64,000 bases of DNA from Bacilli bacterium (GTDB lineage: Bacteria; Bacillota_I; Bacilli_A; ML615J-28; CAG-313), in NCBI GenBank assembly GCA_017409905.1, contig JAFQRV010000016.1, positions 22,143 to 86,142 of the forward strand. The letters are read 5' to 3'. Of the stretch, positions 30,704-41,028 are shown piece after piece. A program made the translations under genes and the position numbers. The notes below the pieces were generated by a model. It saw nothing but the letters and a program-made list of their open reading frames with translations. It had not been told where the DNA came from and made no database searches. Numbering within the stretch: position 1 is the first letter of the stretch; every line of letters starts with the position of its first letter.

Positions 30704-30919
30704 ATGAATAGTTCAACTTCAAAAACTAGAAAGACTCAATCAAGATCAACTAGTACAAAAACAAAACAAACTAAAGAAACTAACATGAAGTATGAAATTG
30801 CTAATGAATTAGGCGTTAACCTAGGTCCAGATGCTACTGCACGTCAAAACGGATCTGTTGGTGGTGAAATGACTAAACGTTTAGTTTCTATGGCAAAATC
30901 ACAACAAAAATCTAATTAG
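30704..30919 (+). CDS. alpha/beta-type small acid-soluble spore protein
   Basis: Signature [33 protein letters not shown]. The ATG at 30704 with RBS GGAGGTG is preferred over the track start at 30689. A terminator hairpin around GCACGTAAGTGC followed by a T-run lies at 30933-30957. Confidence 0.85.
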   Translation: MNSSTSKTRKTQSRSTSTKTKQTKETNMKYEIANELGVNLGPDATARQNGSVGGEMTKRLVSMAKSQQKSN

Positions 30920-31013
30920 TTTTTAAAAAAAGAAAAAGCACGTAAGTGCTTTTTTTCTTTACAAAATATCTAATTTATGATATTATTATCACAGTATAAA
31001 AAGGAGAATAAAA

Positions 31014-31583
31014 ATGGAAGCTTATAAAGAAATAACTTCAATTGAAGAAGCCTTAGAAATTAGAAACAATTTAGAATTAGAATTACAAAAATTAAATGAT
31101 GAGATTTTTAATGAAACAGAAAATTCTAAAACAGAAGAATTTAATAAACATTATCAAGAAATTCAAACTCGATTTAACGAAGCAGTAAATTATTTAGTTA
31201 ATAATCATTATAAAGAACCAGTAGAACAAGATAGTGTAGTTAATAGAGCATCATTATATTTATGGTTTATTATGATTCCGTTAATCATAATTACTTTATA
31301 TCCAATTTTTAATACCATACAATTAAAAATTATGATTGCTTTTATTTCAATGGAAAAAGTTTATTTAATGGATTCTACAAGACAAATTATTGTTTTAATA
31401 TGTTCTTTCTTAATTATGCCAGTTTTATTAAGTGCACTAAATTTAACAATGTTGGCATGTACTAAAAATCCAGATAATAAAAAAGTATTAAATATTCTTA
31501 GTTTAGTCTTTTTTATCAGTTTAGGAATATCTTTTGTTATTTCATTTGTGATGAATATTATAATTGCATTTATAGGTAAATAA
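31014..31583 (+). CDS. hypothetical membrane protein (N-terminal coiled coil, 3-4 TM)
   Basis: Hydropathy pattern only. Confidence 0.4.
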   Translation: MEAYKEITSIEEALEIRNNLELELQKLNDEIFNETENSKTEEFNKHYQEIQTRFNEAVNYLVNNHYKEPVEQDSVVNRASLYLWFIMIPLIIITLYPIFNTIQLKIMIAFISMEKVYLMDSTRQIIVLICSFLIMPVLLSALNLTMLACTKNPDNKKVLNILSLVFFISLGISFVISFVMNIIIAFIGK

Positions 31584-31584
31584 T

Positions 31585-32325
31585 ATGGAAAAAATAACAT
31601 CAATTAATAATCAATTAATAAAAGATATTTATCAATTAAAACAAAAGAAATATCGAAATCAAACAAAAAAATTTATGGTAGAAGGACTTCACTTAGTAGA
31701 AGAAGCATATAAAAATAAAGTATTAAAAATTGTATTATCAAATGATGAGTTATTGTTAAATAAATTTAATAATGTTAAAACAGTTTTAGTAAACAATCAA
31801 ATTATTGAAAAACTTTCTAATACAACTACTCCCCAAAATGTTTTAGGAGTTGTAGATATTATAGAAAATAAATTTGAACTAGCTGATAAATACTTAATCT
31901 TAGATGGGGTAAATGATCCAGGTAATTTAGGTACAATCATTAGAACATCATTAGCACTTGGTGTTGACCATTTAATATTAAGTAATAATACTGTAGATAT
32001 ATATAACGATAAAGCAATTAGAGCTACACAAGGTGCTATTTTTAAAGCAAATATTTATTATACAGATTTAGAAGATATATATATAAAATTAAAACAAAAT
32101 AATATTAAAATTATTACAACTAGTTTAGAAGCAAACAAAACATTAAACGACCTAGAAAAAATGGATAAGTTTGCAATTGTTGTTGGTAATGAAGCAAATG
32201 GTATAAGTAATGTGTCAAAAGAATATGCAGATGAATTAATTATAATTCCAATGAAAAATAATATTGAATCATTAAATGTTGGTATTGCATCTGGAATTAT
32301 ACTTTATGGAGTATTAAATAAATGA
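31585..32325 (+). CDS. TrmH/SpoU-family RNA 2'-O-methyltransferase
   Basis: SPOUT motifs LILDGVNDPGNLGTIIRT and VGNEANGIS. Confidence 0.75.
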   Translation: MEKITSINNQLIKDIYQLKQKKYRNQTKKFMVEGLHLVEEAYKNKVLKIVLSNDELLLNKFNNVKTVLVNNQIIEKLSNTTTPQNVLGVVDIIENKFELADKYLILDGVNDPGNLGTIIRTSLALGVDHLILSNNTVDIYNDKAIRATQGAIFKANIYYTDLEDIYIKLKQNNIKIITTSLEANKTLNDLEKMDKFAIVVGNEANGISNVSKEYADELIIIPMKNNIESLNVGIASGIILYGVLNK

Positions 32326-32978
32326 GTTACTTTAAAAGAATTATATATGTATTATTAGGTACATTTTGTTTAGGTTTAGGTGTTGCTTTTATAAAATTAT
32401 CAGGACTTGGACAAGATGCCTTATCTGCATTAGTTTTTTCAATTCATTATTTAATTGATTTGCCATTCTTTTCTTTTACAGTTTGTTATTTAGCAGTTAA
32501 CAGTATTTTTTTAATATTAACAATTATTTTTAAAAGAGAAAAAATCAATATTGGTTCAATTTTAAACTTTGCTTTAACTGGAGTATCTTGTGATATATTT
32601 ATGTATTTATTAGGTTTATTAAATATTGAATCTACATCTATTGTAATTAATCTAATTTATTCATTATTAGGTATTGGTATTATGGTATTTGGTATTGCAT
32701 TATATGGTGGTGCAAACTTAGGACTTGCGCCATACGATGTTATGCCAATACTTATCAACAAAGTATTTAAAAAGATTAGTTATGGAACTTCAAGAATAAT
32801 CTTGGATGTCACAGTCGCTATTTTAGCACTTATATTGGGTGTAATAATTTTAGGAAGAAAAGATATAATTAATATTAATACAGTTTTATTATTCTGTTTA
32901 GTAGGAACAATACTCCCATATTTTAGTAAATTTGTAAACAAGTATATTATCAAGAATGATGATAAAACATTCGAATAA
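32322..32978 (+). CDS. polytopic membrane protein (YczE/YitT-like), hypothetical
   Basis: 218 aa, 5-6 TM. A bidirectional terminator AAGAGGCTTAAATAAGCCTCTT lies at 32980-33010. Confidence 0.4.
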   Translation: MSYFKRIIYVLLGTFCLGLGVAFIKLSGLGQDALSALVFSIHYLIDLPFFSFTVCYLAVNSIFLILTIIFKREKINIGSILNFALTGVSCDIFMYLLGLLNIESTSIVINLIYSLLGIGIMVFGIALYGGANLGLAPYDVMPILINKVFKKISYGTSRIILDVTVAILALILGVIILGRKDIININTVLLFCLVGTILPYFSKFVNKYIIKNDDKTFE

Positions 32979-33003
32979 AAAAGAGGCTTAAATAAGCCTC
33001 TTT

Positions 33004-34644
33004 TTATACTTCAAAACAGCTTCCCCCAATAAACTCTCTAATTAAAGAATTACATGGTATTGCGGATTCATCAATTTCTTTAAAATATTTTAAATATTTA
33101 ATTAAACGGTTCGCGGTAATAAAATATGGATTATCTGGAGTGATTTCTCTTAATAATGGTAATGCATATTTTTTTAATACACAAAGTTCATAAGTAAGTT
33201 CAGAATTATAAACATAATTAGATGCTTCTTGATGTGGATAAATCCATTTAAATTCACCATTTCTTACTGATTTCCACATACTTAAAGTATGTTCAGCACT
33301 TGCATTTCTAAATTGTTTATCTCTTACCATTCTTCTAATTAATCTTAAATCTGTTGTAGATATTGGTGAATGGTCGTCAATATTAATTTGAATTTGTGGA
33401 GAAATAAAAATCTTAAACTTTTGATGTGCTGGAATTGATGAACTCATTTGTTCATTTAAAGCATGAATGCCCTCAATAACTATTGGCACATTTTTAGGAA
33501 TTGATACTTTCTTATAATGGGTTCTTTTAGCAACATTAAAATCAAATATTGGCATATCAACAGTTTCTCCATTAATTAAAGCAAGTAAATGTTGATTAAA
33601 TAATTCAATATCAATTGTATTAATATCTTCTAAATCAATTTCACCATCTTCATTAGGTAAAATTTTATCACGATCTATATAATAATTATCGATACTAAGT
33701 GTTACAGGGAAGATACCTCTAGACATTAATTCAATTCTTAATCGATTCGAAAAAGTTGTTTTACCACTAGATGATGGACCTGCTATAGCAATCAATCGAA
33801 TGTTTTCGATATCTTTTTGAATCATCTCACCAAGTTCAGCTAACATATTATTATGTTTAGTCTCACATGTTTGAATAAAGTCTCTTGCATACAGAGGATC
33901 TACTTTTTCATTGATTTTACTAATTGTTTCACAATTGATAGTTTTAGCCCATTTAGCCGCATCTTTTAATGTTTTACCATATACTCTAGATTCTTCAAAA
34001 TGGGGAATCATTCCCTTTGTTTCTGCTCTTGGATATTGAACAATAATACCAGGAGCATATGCCTTTAAAATAACTTCTTTAATAAAACCAGTAGAAGGGA
34101 CCATATAATTATGAGTATAATTATAATAATCTCCACATTTATAAAGATGGATATTTGTTTCAGGTCGATACTTTAAAATATCTAATTTATCTTCTAAATT
34201 AAACTTATTATATATATCTTTACCTTCTTCTAAAGTAAATGTATATCTTTCAATAGGTAAATCTTTTTCCATTAGTTCTTTTAAATAAGCATCAATATTT
34301 TTCACAACATTAGAATCAATAATAAAACCTGGAGTATTACTTCTAACTAAGATACTTCTTGAAACATTATAACTAAATATAACTTTTTTATCTGGATATA
34401 ATTCATAAAAAGCTTTTGCGATTAAATATCTTACACTTGCTTCATATGTTTTCATTGATTCAATATTAGTAATATCTTGAAATTCAATTTCTGCATCAAA
34501 ACTTATTTTAAAGTTTAATTCTCTAATTCTGCCATTTACTAAACAAGTATAATAATTTTTTTGAATATCTTTATCTAGTAAATCTAAGAGTTTTGTTCCT
34601 TTAGGAACTTCTAAAATTTGATTGTTTAATTTTACCTTTATCAT
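33004..34644 (-). CDS. uridine kinase-family (PRK/Udk) protein with N-terminal TGS and ThrRS-like domain
   Basis: N-terminal TGS-like beta-grasp (MIKVKLNNQILEVPKGTKLLDLL). The central P-loop AGPSSSGKTT falls in a Udk-like block. Confidence 0.6.
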   Translation of the reverse strand: MIKVKLNNQILEVPKGTKLLDLLDKDIQKNYYTCLVNGRIRELNFKISFDAEIEFQDITNIESMKTYEASVRYLIAKAFYELYPDKKVIFSYNVSRSILVRSNTPGFIIDSNVVKNIDAYLKELMEKDLPIERYTFTLEEGKDIYNKFNLEDKLDILKYRPETNIHLYKCGDYYNYTHNYMVPSTGFIKEVILKAYAPGIIVQYPRAETKGMIPHFEESRVYGKTLKDAAKWAKTINCETISKINEKVDPLYARDFIQTCETKHNNMLAELGEMIQKDIENIRLIAIAGPSSSGKTTFSNRLRIELMSRGIFPVTLSIDNYYIDRDKILPNEDGEIDLEDINTIDIELFNQHLLALINGETVDMPIFDFNVAKRTHYKKVSIPKNVPIVIEGIHALNEQMSSSIPAHQKFKIFISPQIQINIDDHSPISTTDLRLIRRMVRDKQFRNASAEHTLSMWKSVRNGEFKWIYPHQEASNYVYNSELTYELCVLKKYALPLLREITPDNPYFITANRLIKYLKYFKEIDESAIPCNSLIREFIGGSCFEV

Positions 34645-34866
34645 ATAATCACCAATATTATTTTACCATATTTAAAAGATATTATCAAGATATTTTTTAA
34701 TCTAGATAATCTTACAAATATTTTATTGATAAATTTATATATTATTAATAAATACGTGCTTTCCTTGACTAAAATGAATATATATGGTATTATATAAGTA
34801 CAATAAGATATTTGCTAATTGGAGTGAGTACTAGTTACTCGCTCTTTCATTTAGAAAGGAGACGTT

Positions 34867-35346
34867 ATGACGGCTTTAGAACAAAAGATTTGGGATCTAG
34901 CTTTACCGATATGTGAAAAAAATAATGTAGAGTTAGTTGAAGTAAATTTTAAAAAAGAACGTGGAGAACATATCTTAGAAATAATTATTGATTCTTTAGA
35001 GGGTATTACTATGGATGATGCTGTAGCAGTTAATCAAGAATTAAGTGATTTATTAGATATTGAAGATCCAATTGAAACAAGTTATTGTTTAGAAGTATCT
35101 TCACCGGGTTGTGAAAGAGAACTAAAAAATGATAATGATTTATCTAGATCAATTGGTAAATACATAAATGTTAAAACATATGCTAAAATATTAGTAGATA
35201 AATATGAAGTAAAAGAAGTTGAAGGTGATTTAATTTCTTTTAATGATGATATTTTAGAATTAGATGTTGTAGTAAAAACAAAGAAAAAAAGAATAACTAT
35301 TGAAAGAAAGAAAATTGCTAAAGTAAGATTAGCTATTAAATTTTAA
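34867..35346 (+). CDS. rimP: ribosome maturation factor RimP
   Basis: Family-typical N-terminus. Promoter TTGACT-17-TATTAT lies at ~34766-34794. Confidence 0.85.
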   Translation: MTALEQKIWDLALPICEKNNVELVEVNFKKERGEHILEIIIDSLEGITMDDAVAVNQELSDLLDIEDPIETSYCLEVSSPGCERELKNDNDLSRSIGKYINVKTYAKILVDKYEVKEVEGDLISFNDDILELDVVVKTKKKRITIERKKIAKVRLAIKF

Positions 35347-35358
35347 AGGAGTAAGATT

Positions 35359-36438
35359 ATGACAAGTAAAAGTTTTTATGAATGGGCTGAAGTAGTAGCA
35401 CAAGAAAAAAATCTATCTTTAGAAGATGTAATGTCAAAAGTTGCAACTGCATTAAAGAAAGCATGTGCATTAGAAGGTTTTAATGGTGATGTACAAGTTG
35501 AATTCAATTATGAAAAGAAAGAAATCAAAATCATTGAATATAAATATGTTGTTGCGGAAGTTGATCCTGAAGGACCAGTTGGTCAAATCACTTTAGAAGA
35601 AGCAAAACAAATTAAAGAAAGAGTTAAAGTTGGTTCTACTATTAAAACTAGAATTAATATTGAAAAAGAAATTGGAAGAAAAGGTGCTTCTCAATTTAAA
35701 CAAGTATTTAGTCAAGGTTTAAAAGAATTAGGACGTAAACGTTCTTATGAATTCTTTAAAGAACATGAAAACGAAATGATTACAGCTCGTGTTAATAAAG
35801 TATTAGAAGATGCTTATATTTTAGGTATTGGTTTAGATTATGATGCATATATGCCTAAGAAAGAAGCATTACCAACTGAAAATTTAGTAGTTGGCGAAAA
35901 TGTTAAAGTATATATTACAAAAGTAGAAGAAACAGGTAAAGGCCCTAAAGTATTTGTATCACGTACAAATGTAGGTATTGTAAAACGTTTATTTGAAAAT
36001 GCTGTTCCAGAAGTTGCTGATGGTACTATTGAAATAGTTGCTATGGCTCGTGATGCTGGTAATAGAACAAAAATTGGTGTTAGATCAACTAATCCAAATG
36101 TTGAAGCAAAAGGCGCATGTGTTGGTTTACAAGGTATTCGTATTAAACAAATTAATGATGCATTAAATGGTGAAAGAATTGATATCTTTGTATGGAATGA
36201 TGATCCAGTACAATTAATTGCTCAAGCTATTTCACCTGCAAAAGTATTAAGTGTATTAGTATATCCTGATTTAAGACAAGCTTTAGTAATTGTTCCTGAT
36301 ATGCAATACTCACTTGCAATTGGTAAAGGTGGACAAAATGCCCGTCTTGCATCACAAGTTACAGGATGGAAGATTGATATTAAAGATGAATCTACTGCAT
36401 ATCGCGAAAAGATTAAATTTAAAATCAATGTTCTATAA
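35359..36438 (+). CDS. nusA: transcription termination/antitermination factor NusA
   Basis: S1 and two KH domains (GxxG motifs). 359 aa. Confidence 0.9.
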   Translation: MTSKSFYEWAEVVAQEKNLSLEDVMSKVATALKKACALEGFNGDVQVEFNYEKKEIKIIEYKYVVAEVDPEGPVGQITLEEAKQIKERVKVGSTIKTRINIEKEIGRKGASQFKQVFSQGLKELGRKRSYEFFKEHENEMITARVNKVLEDAYILGIGLDYDAYMPKKEALPTENLVVGENVKVYITKVEETGKGPKVFVSRTNVGIVKRLFENAVPEVADGTIEIVAMARDAGNRTKIGVRSTNPNVEAKGACVGLQGIRIKQINDALNGERIDIFVWNDDPVQLIAQAISPAKVLSVLVYPDLRQALVIVPDMQYSLAIGKGGQNARLASQVTGWKIDIKDESTAYREKIKFKINVL

Positions 36439-36450
36439 AAGGTAAAGAAA

Positions 36451-36708
36451 ATGAAAGTCAAAAAAATACCACTTCGTAAGTGTGTTATTACAAATGAACA
36501 ACATCCTAAAAGTGAACTACTAAGAGTTGTTAGAACACCAGAGGGAGAAATTGTTATAGATTCTACTGGAAAAGTTAGAGGTCATGGTGCTTATGTTTGC
36601 AAGGATATAAAAGTTATCGAGCTTGCTCAAAAGAAAAAAACATTAGACCGTGCTTTAGAAACAGCTGTTCCACAAGAAATCTATGATGAATTAAAAAAGT
36701 TAGTTTGA
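36451..36708 (+). CDS. ylxR: YlxR/RnpM (DUF448) RNA-binding protein
   Basis: 85 aa with motif PLRKCVITNEQHPKSELLRVV. Confidence 0.8.
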   Translation: MKVKKIPLRKCVITNEQHPKSELLRVVRTPEGEIVIDSTGKVRGHGAYVCKDIKVIELAQKKKTLDRALETAVPQEIYDELKKLV

Positions 36709-36718
36709 GGTAGATAAT

Positions 36719-37021
36719 ATGGATAAAATATTAAATTATTTAGGACTTGCTAGAAGAAGTAGACATTTAGTAGCAGGTACAGATTCAGTTATTAAAAGTT
36801 TACAAAGTAATAAATTACATTTAATTATTTTAGCCAATGAAGCTTCAGATGCAACTAAAGATAAAATTATTAAGAAGGCATTCCATTATAGTGTGCCAGT
36901 GCTTGAAGGATATTCTATTATAGATATCAGTAATGCAACAGGAATTAAAAATCCCGTTGTTCTTGCAATTGATGATAATGGTTTATCAAAAGCTATTTTA
37001 GAATTAAAATCAAGATCTTAA
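36719..37021 (+). CDS. ylxQ: L7Ae-family ribosomal-like protein YlxQ
   Basis: 100 aa with LARRSRHLVAGTDSVIKSL. Confidence 0.75.
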   Translation: MDKILNYLGLARRSRHLVAGTDSVIKSLQSNKLHLIILANEASDATKDKIIKKAFHYSVPVLEGYSIIDISNATGIKNPVVLAIDDNGLSKAILELKSRS

Positions 37022-37038
37022 TAGAAAGAGGTATATAT

Positions 37039-39456
37039 ATGAAAGTTAAAGACTTAGCGGGAATATTTAAAGTAGAAATAGGCGAATTACTTAACCTATT
37101 AGAAAATGTTGGTGTAAATGTAGACCAACAAGAAGAAACAATGATTGATGCTGCTACTGAAAAGAAATTGGCTAAAAGATATAATGTGCCATATCCTTTC
37201 AAAAATCAAGCTAAACCTAAACCTGTTAATAAAGTGGTGATTCCAAATGCAAAAGGCGAACAAAAAACACAAAAAACTGAACCAAGCAGAACTCCTCAAA
37301 CAAAAAGAGAAAATGTTCCGCAAGGAACTGGCCAAAAAGGCAATAACGCTCCGGTATCAAGAAATAATCAAAAACATGAAGGAACAACAAAAACAACAAC
37401 TAAAGGAACAACGCCTACAGAAAAGAAACAAGAAAAACCAGTAGAACAAGTTGTTAAACCAGTACAAGAAAAACCACGTACTAAAATTTTAGACAGTGGT
37501 GAAGTAGTTGCTGTTAAAGTTGATGAAGAAACTCTTGCAAGATATGAATCTTTTATTGATGAAGATGATTACGAAATGCAAAGAGTGGCTAGAAAAAAAC
37601 CTAGCCATAATGTTCGTGAACAAGAAACGCAAACAGCTAAGAAAAAACGTAATAAAAATAATAAACCAGTAAGAAAGAATGAAAATAAAAATTCTAACTT
37701 AGAAGAAAAGATTTTATTCTTTGAAAATGGTATGTCGGTTGCAGAAATTGCAGAAGCTATGGCAATTCCAGTTACTGAACTTGTTAAAAAATTATTCTTA
37801 TCAATGGGATTAATGGTAAGTGCTAATTCTTCTCTTGATAGAGAAACTACTGAATTAATCGCTATTGAATATGATTTCGAAGTTAAAGATAAACAAATTA
37901 CAGATATGACTCGTTTCGATGAAATGGAAATCATTGATGATGAAAAAGACTTAGTCAATCGTCCTGCAATTGTTACAGTAATGGGTCACGTTGACCATGG
38001 TAAAACTACTTTAATTGATAATATTCGTGCAACTCACGTTGTTGCAGGTGAAGCTGGTGGTATTACTCAACATATCGGTGCTTATCAAGTAGAAAAGAAT
38101 GGAAGATTAATTACATTTATTGATACTCCAGGGCATGCGGCTTTTACTGAAATGCGTGCACGTGGAGCTCAAATTACAGATATTGTTGTATTAATCGTTG
38201 CAGCAGATGATGGTGTTATGCCACAAACAAGAGAAGCTGTACAACATGCTCAAGCAGCAGGGGTTCCAATTATTGTTGCAATCAATAAGATGGACAGACC
38301 TGGTGCAAACCCAGAAAGAATTAAACAAGAACTTACAGAATATGGCCTTGTCGCTGAAGAATGGGGTGGAGATACAATCTTCGTACCAATTTCCGCATTA
38401 AAAGGTGAAGGTGTTCCAGAATTATTAGAAATGATTTTATTAGTTGCTGACTTAAAAGATTACAAAGCAAATCCTAATAGATTAGGTATGGGTGTTGTAA
38501 TTGAAGCTCGTCTTGATAAGAGTAAAGGTCCTCTTGCAACCCTACTTGTTCAAAATGGATCAATTAAAGTTGGTGATATCTTAGTAGTAGGTAACACATA
38601 TGGTAAGATTCGTTCAATGAATGACGAAAAAGGAAAACCAGTTCAAATAGCAGGTCCTTCTAAACCAGTCGAAGTAACTGGTATTGAAGAAGTACCATTT
38701 GCTGGTGAAAAGTTCATGATTTACAATAACGAAAAGAAAGCAAGAGAAGTTGCTGAAGTTCGTGCATTTAAGAAATTTGAACAAGAAAAAGGAATTGGTA
38801 GCACAATTTCATTATCTGAAATGTTAAAGAATAAAAAAGATGAATCTATTAAACAATTAAATATTATCTTAAAATGTGACGTTCAAGGTTCAATAGAAGC
38901 TATTAAAGGATTACTAGATAAAATTGATATTGAAGGTACACAAATTGAAGTAATCGCATCAGGTGTTGGTGGTGTAGTAGAATCAGATATTAACTTAGCT
39001 ATCGCATCTAAAGCAATCATTATTTGTTTCAATGTTAGACCAATTGCTTATATTCAAGATATGGCTAAAGAACATGGTATTGAAATTAGAATGTATTCAA
39101 TTATTTATAAACTTCAAGAAGATATTGAAAAAGCTGTTAAAGGTTTATTAGATCCAGTATTTGAAGAAAAAATTACAGGTCAAGCTGAAGTACGAGAAAT
39201 TTATAAAGTATCAAAAATTGGTACAATTGCAGGTTGTTATGTTACAAGTGGTAGTGTTCAAAGACATTCAGGTGTACGTGTAATTAGAAATAGTATTGTT
39301 GTTTATACTGGTAAATTATCATCACTTAAGAGATTTAAAGATGATGTTAAAGAAGTTAAACAAGGTTATGACTGTGGTATGACTATTGAAAACTACAATG
39401 ATATTAAAGTAGAAGACGTATTAGAATTCTTTGTAATGGAAGAGGTAGAAATTTAA
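37039..39456 (+). CDS. infB: translation initiation factor IF-2
   Basis: G-domain VMGHVDHGKTTL and DTPGH motifs. 805 aa with a Lys/Gln-rich N-terminal region. Confidence 0.95.
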   Translation: MKVKDLAGIFKVEIGELLNLLENVGVNVDQQEETMIDAATEKKLAKRYNVPYPFKNQAKPKPVNKVVIPNAKGEQKTQKTEPSRTPQTKRENVPQGTGQKGNNAPVSRNNQKHEGTTKTTTKGTTPTEKKQEKPVEQVVKPVQEKPRTKILDSGEVVAVKVDEETLARYESFIDEDDYEMQRVARKKPSHNVREQETQTAKKKRNKNNKPVRKNENKNSNLEEKILFFENGMSVAEIAEAMAIPVTELVKKLFLSMGLMVSANSSLDRETTELIAIEYDFEVKDKQITDMTRFDEMEIIDDEKDLVNRPAIVTVMGHVDHGKTTLIDNIRATHVVAGEAGGITQHIGAYQVEKNGRLITFIDTPGHAAFTEMRARGAQITDIVVLIVAADDGVMPQTREAVQHAQAAGVPIIVAINKMDRPGANPERIKQELTEYGLVAEEWGGDTIFVPISALKGEGVPELLEMILLVADLKDYKANPNRLGMGVVIEARLDKSKGPLATLLVQNGSIKVGDILVVGNTYGKIRSMNDEKGKPVQIAGPSKPVEVTGIEEVPFAGEKFMIYNNEKKAREVAEVRAFKKFEQEKGIGSTISLSEMLKNKKDESIKQLNIILKCDVQGSIEAIKGLLDKIDIEGTQIEVIASGVGGVVESDINLAIASKAIIICFNVRPIAYIQDMAKEHGIEIRMYSIIYKLQEDIEKAVKGLLDPVFEEKITGQAEVREIYKVSKIGTIAGCYVTSGSVQRHSGVRVIRNSIVVYTGKLSSLKRFKDDVKEVKQGYDCGMTIENYNDIKVEDVLEFFVMEEVEI

Positions 39457-39791
39457 TGGCTTATCATGTTGAAAGAGTTAATAAGATTGTTGAAAGAGAA
39501 TTATCAACAATTCTATTAATGGAAGCAAAGAATCCACTTCTTAAATATGTTTCAATTACAAAAGTCTCACTTACTAATGATTTATCACTTGCTACTATTT
39601 GGTATTCTGTTATTGGAAAAGAAGATGAAATTGAAGCAACAAAAAAAGCATTAGAAGAATCTAAAGGTTTTTTAAGAAGTGAATTATCTCACAGAATTGA
39701 TATTAGAAAAACACCAGACCTAAAATTCAAATATGATGAATCTTTAGCATATGGTAAACATATAGAAGAACTTCTAAAAAAATCTAAGTAA
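39456..39791 (+). CDS. rbfA: ribosome-binding factor A
   Basis: 111 aa with family-typical KH-like core. A terminator AAAGCACATTAGAAGATATCTGATGTGCTTTT lies at 39796-39828. Confidence 0.85.
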   Translation: MAYHVERVNKIVERELSTILLMEAKNPLLKYVSITKVSLTNDLSLATIWYSVIGKEDEIEATKKALEESKGFLRSELSHRIDIRKTPDLKFKYDESLAYGKHIEELLKKSK

Positions 39792-39881
39792 AAACAAAGC
39801 ACATTAGAAGATATCTGATGTGCTTTTAATAAAAATCAAAAAAAATCAAAAAAATATTGTTATGTTAATTGGAAGGGCAAA

Positions 39882-40430
39882 ATGGTAAAATTAAAAGAAC
39901 TAAGAGAAGCTCTACAATCTAACGATCCTTTACTTATTGAAGAAATCTATGAAAGAATCTATGATGACTATTATAAATTAGTTTATTACATAGTAATAAA
40001 GATTGTAAAAGATACCGAAGATTGTATAGAAATAACTAATGATGTATTTCTAAAAGCTTTTAATAATATAAGTAAATTTGATATAAATAATAACCAATCT
40101 AGTATAAAATCTTGGATTGTTAGAATTGCTAAAAACGAAGCAATTAATTTCTATAATAAACAAAAGAAGCATAATATAGTTTTAGATGATGAATATATTG
40201 AAAAAATTGATAGTCCAGATATTGATAAATTCTTATTATTAGTTGAAGAATTTAAAGAAATCTTAACTGAAGAAGAATTAGATATTTTAATGTTTAGAAT
40301 TTATTATGATTTAAAATTAAGAGAAATAGCCGAATATTATAATTCTACAACAAGTATTATTTATACTAAATACCAAAATGCCCTAAAAGTATTAAAAGAA
40401 CACTATAAGAAAGGAGACTTTCATGAATAA
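39882..40430 (+). CDS. ECF-type sigma-70 family RNA polymerase sigma factor
   Basis: Region 2 (YYKLVYYIVIKIV...FLKAF) and region 4 HTH (LREIAEYYNSTTSIIYTKYQNALKVLK). Confidence 0.7.
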   Translation: MVKLKELREALQSNDPLLIEEIYERIYDDYYKLVYYIVIKIVKDTEDCIEITNDVFLKAFNNISKFDINNNQSSIKSWIVRIAKNEAINFYNKQKKHNIVLDDEYIEKIDSPDIDKFLLLVEEFKEILTEEELDILMFRIYYDLKLREIAEYYNSTTSIIYTKYQNALKVLKEHYKKGDFHE

Positions 40431-40941
40431 AACAAAAAAGAAGTTTATTGAACGTGTTGAATCAATTAACATAAAACCAGATTTTAACCGTATTAGACAT
40501 CAAATTAATTATAAAGAATGTGCTAAAATAGATATTCCAAAGAAAAGAAATTTAGCCTTACATATTAGTTTGACTTCTATTTCATTTGTTTTCTTATGTT
40601 TATTAATTGGTGTGCTTTCTATTCAATTAGGAAAAGCTCCATATAAAAATAATCTAGAAAAAGATTTTAGAAATCTTGATTTAAAACTAGAATCATATTC
40701 TGATGGTGTATCAGTAAATGATGAAAACATATATATAAATTATTCAATCGTAGCAAATGCTTGTAACTTAACTAATGAGTTATTCTTTACATCTGGTAGC
40801 TGGGAAGTCTACCAAGATGGTGAAAAACAAGATAAGACAAATGTTGAATTAACTTATGGTAAAAATACTTTTGATATCGTATTATATAAACTAAATGAAG
40901 TAGAAGAAGATTATAAATTAGAAATAACAGTAGGTAAATAA
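40423..40941 (+). CDS. putative anti-sigma factor (single-pass membrane protein)
   Basis: Overlaps the sigma gene stop by 8 nt. It has a short cytoplasmic N-terminus, one TM (ISFVFLCLLIGVLSI) and a ~100 aa extracytoplasmic domain. Confidence 0.5.
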   Translation: MNKTKKKFIERVESINIKPDFNRIRHQINYKECAKIDIPKKRNLALHISLTSISFVFLCLLIGVLSIQLGKAPYKNNLEKDFRNLDLKLESYSDGVSVNDENIYINYSIVANACNLTNELFFTSGSWEVYQDGEKQDKTNVELTYGKNTFDIVLYKLNEVEEDYKLEITVGK

Positions 40942-41028
40942 ACAACCATTAAATTGGTTGTTTTTATTATGCAATTAGTTTTTTAATAACTATAATTGTG
41001 TTATAATAAATATAGTAGGTAATTAATT

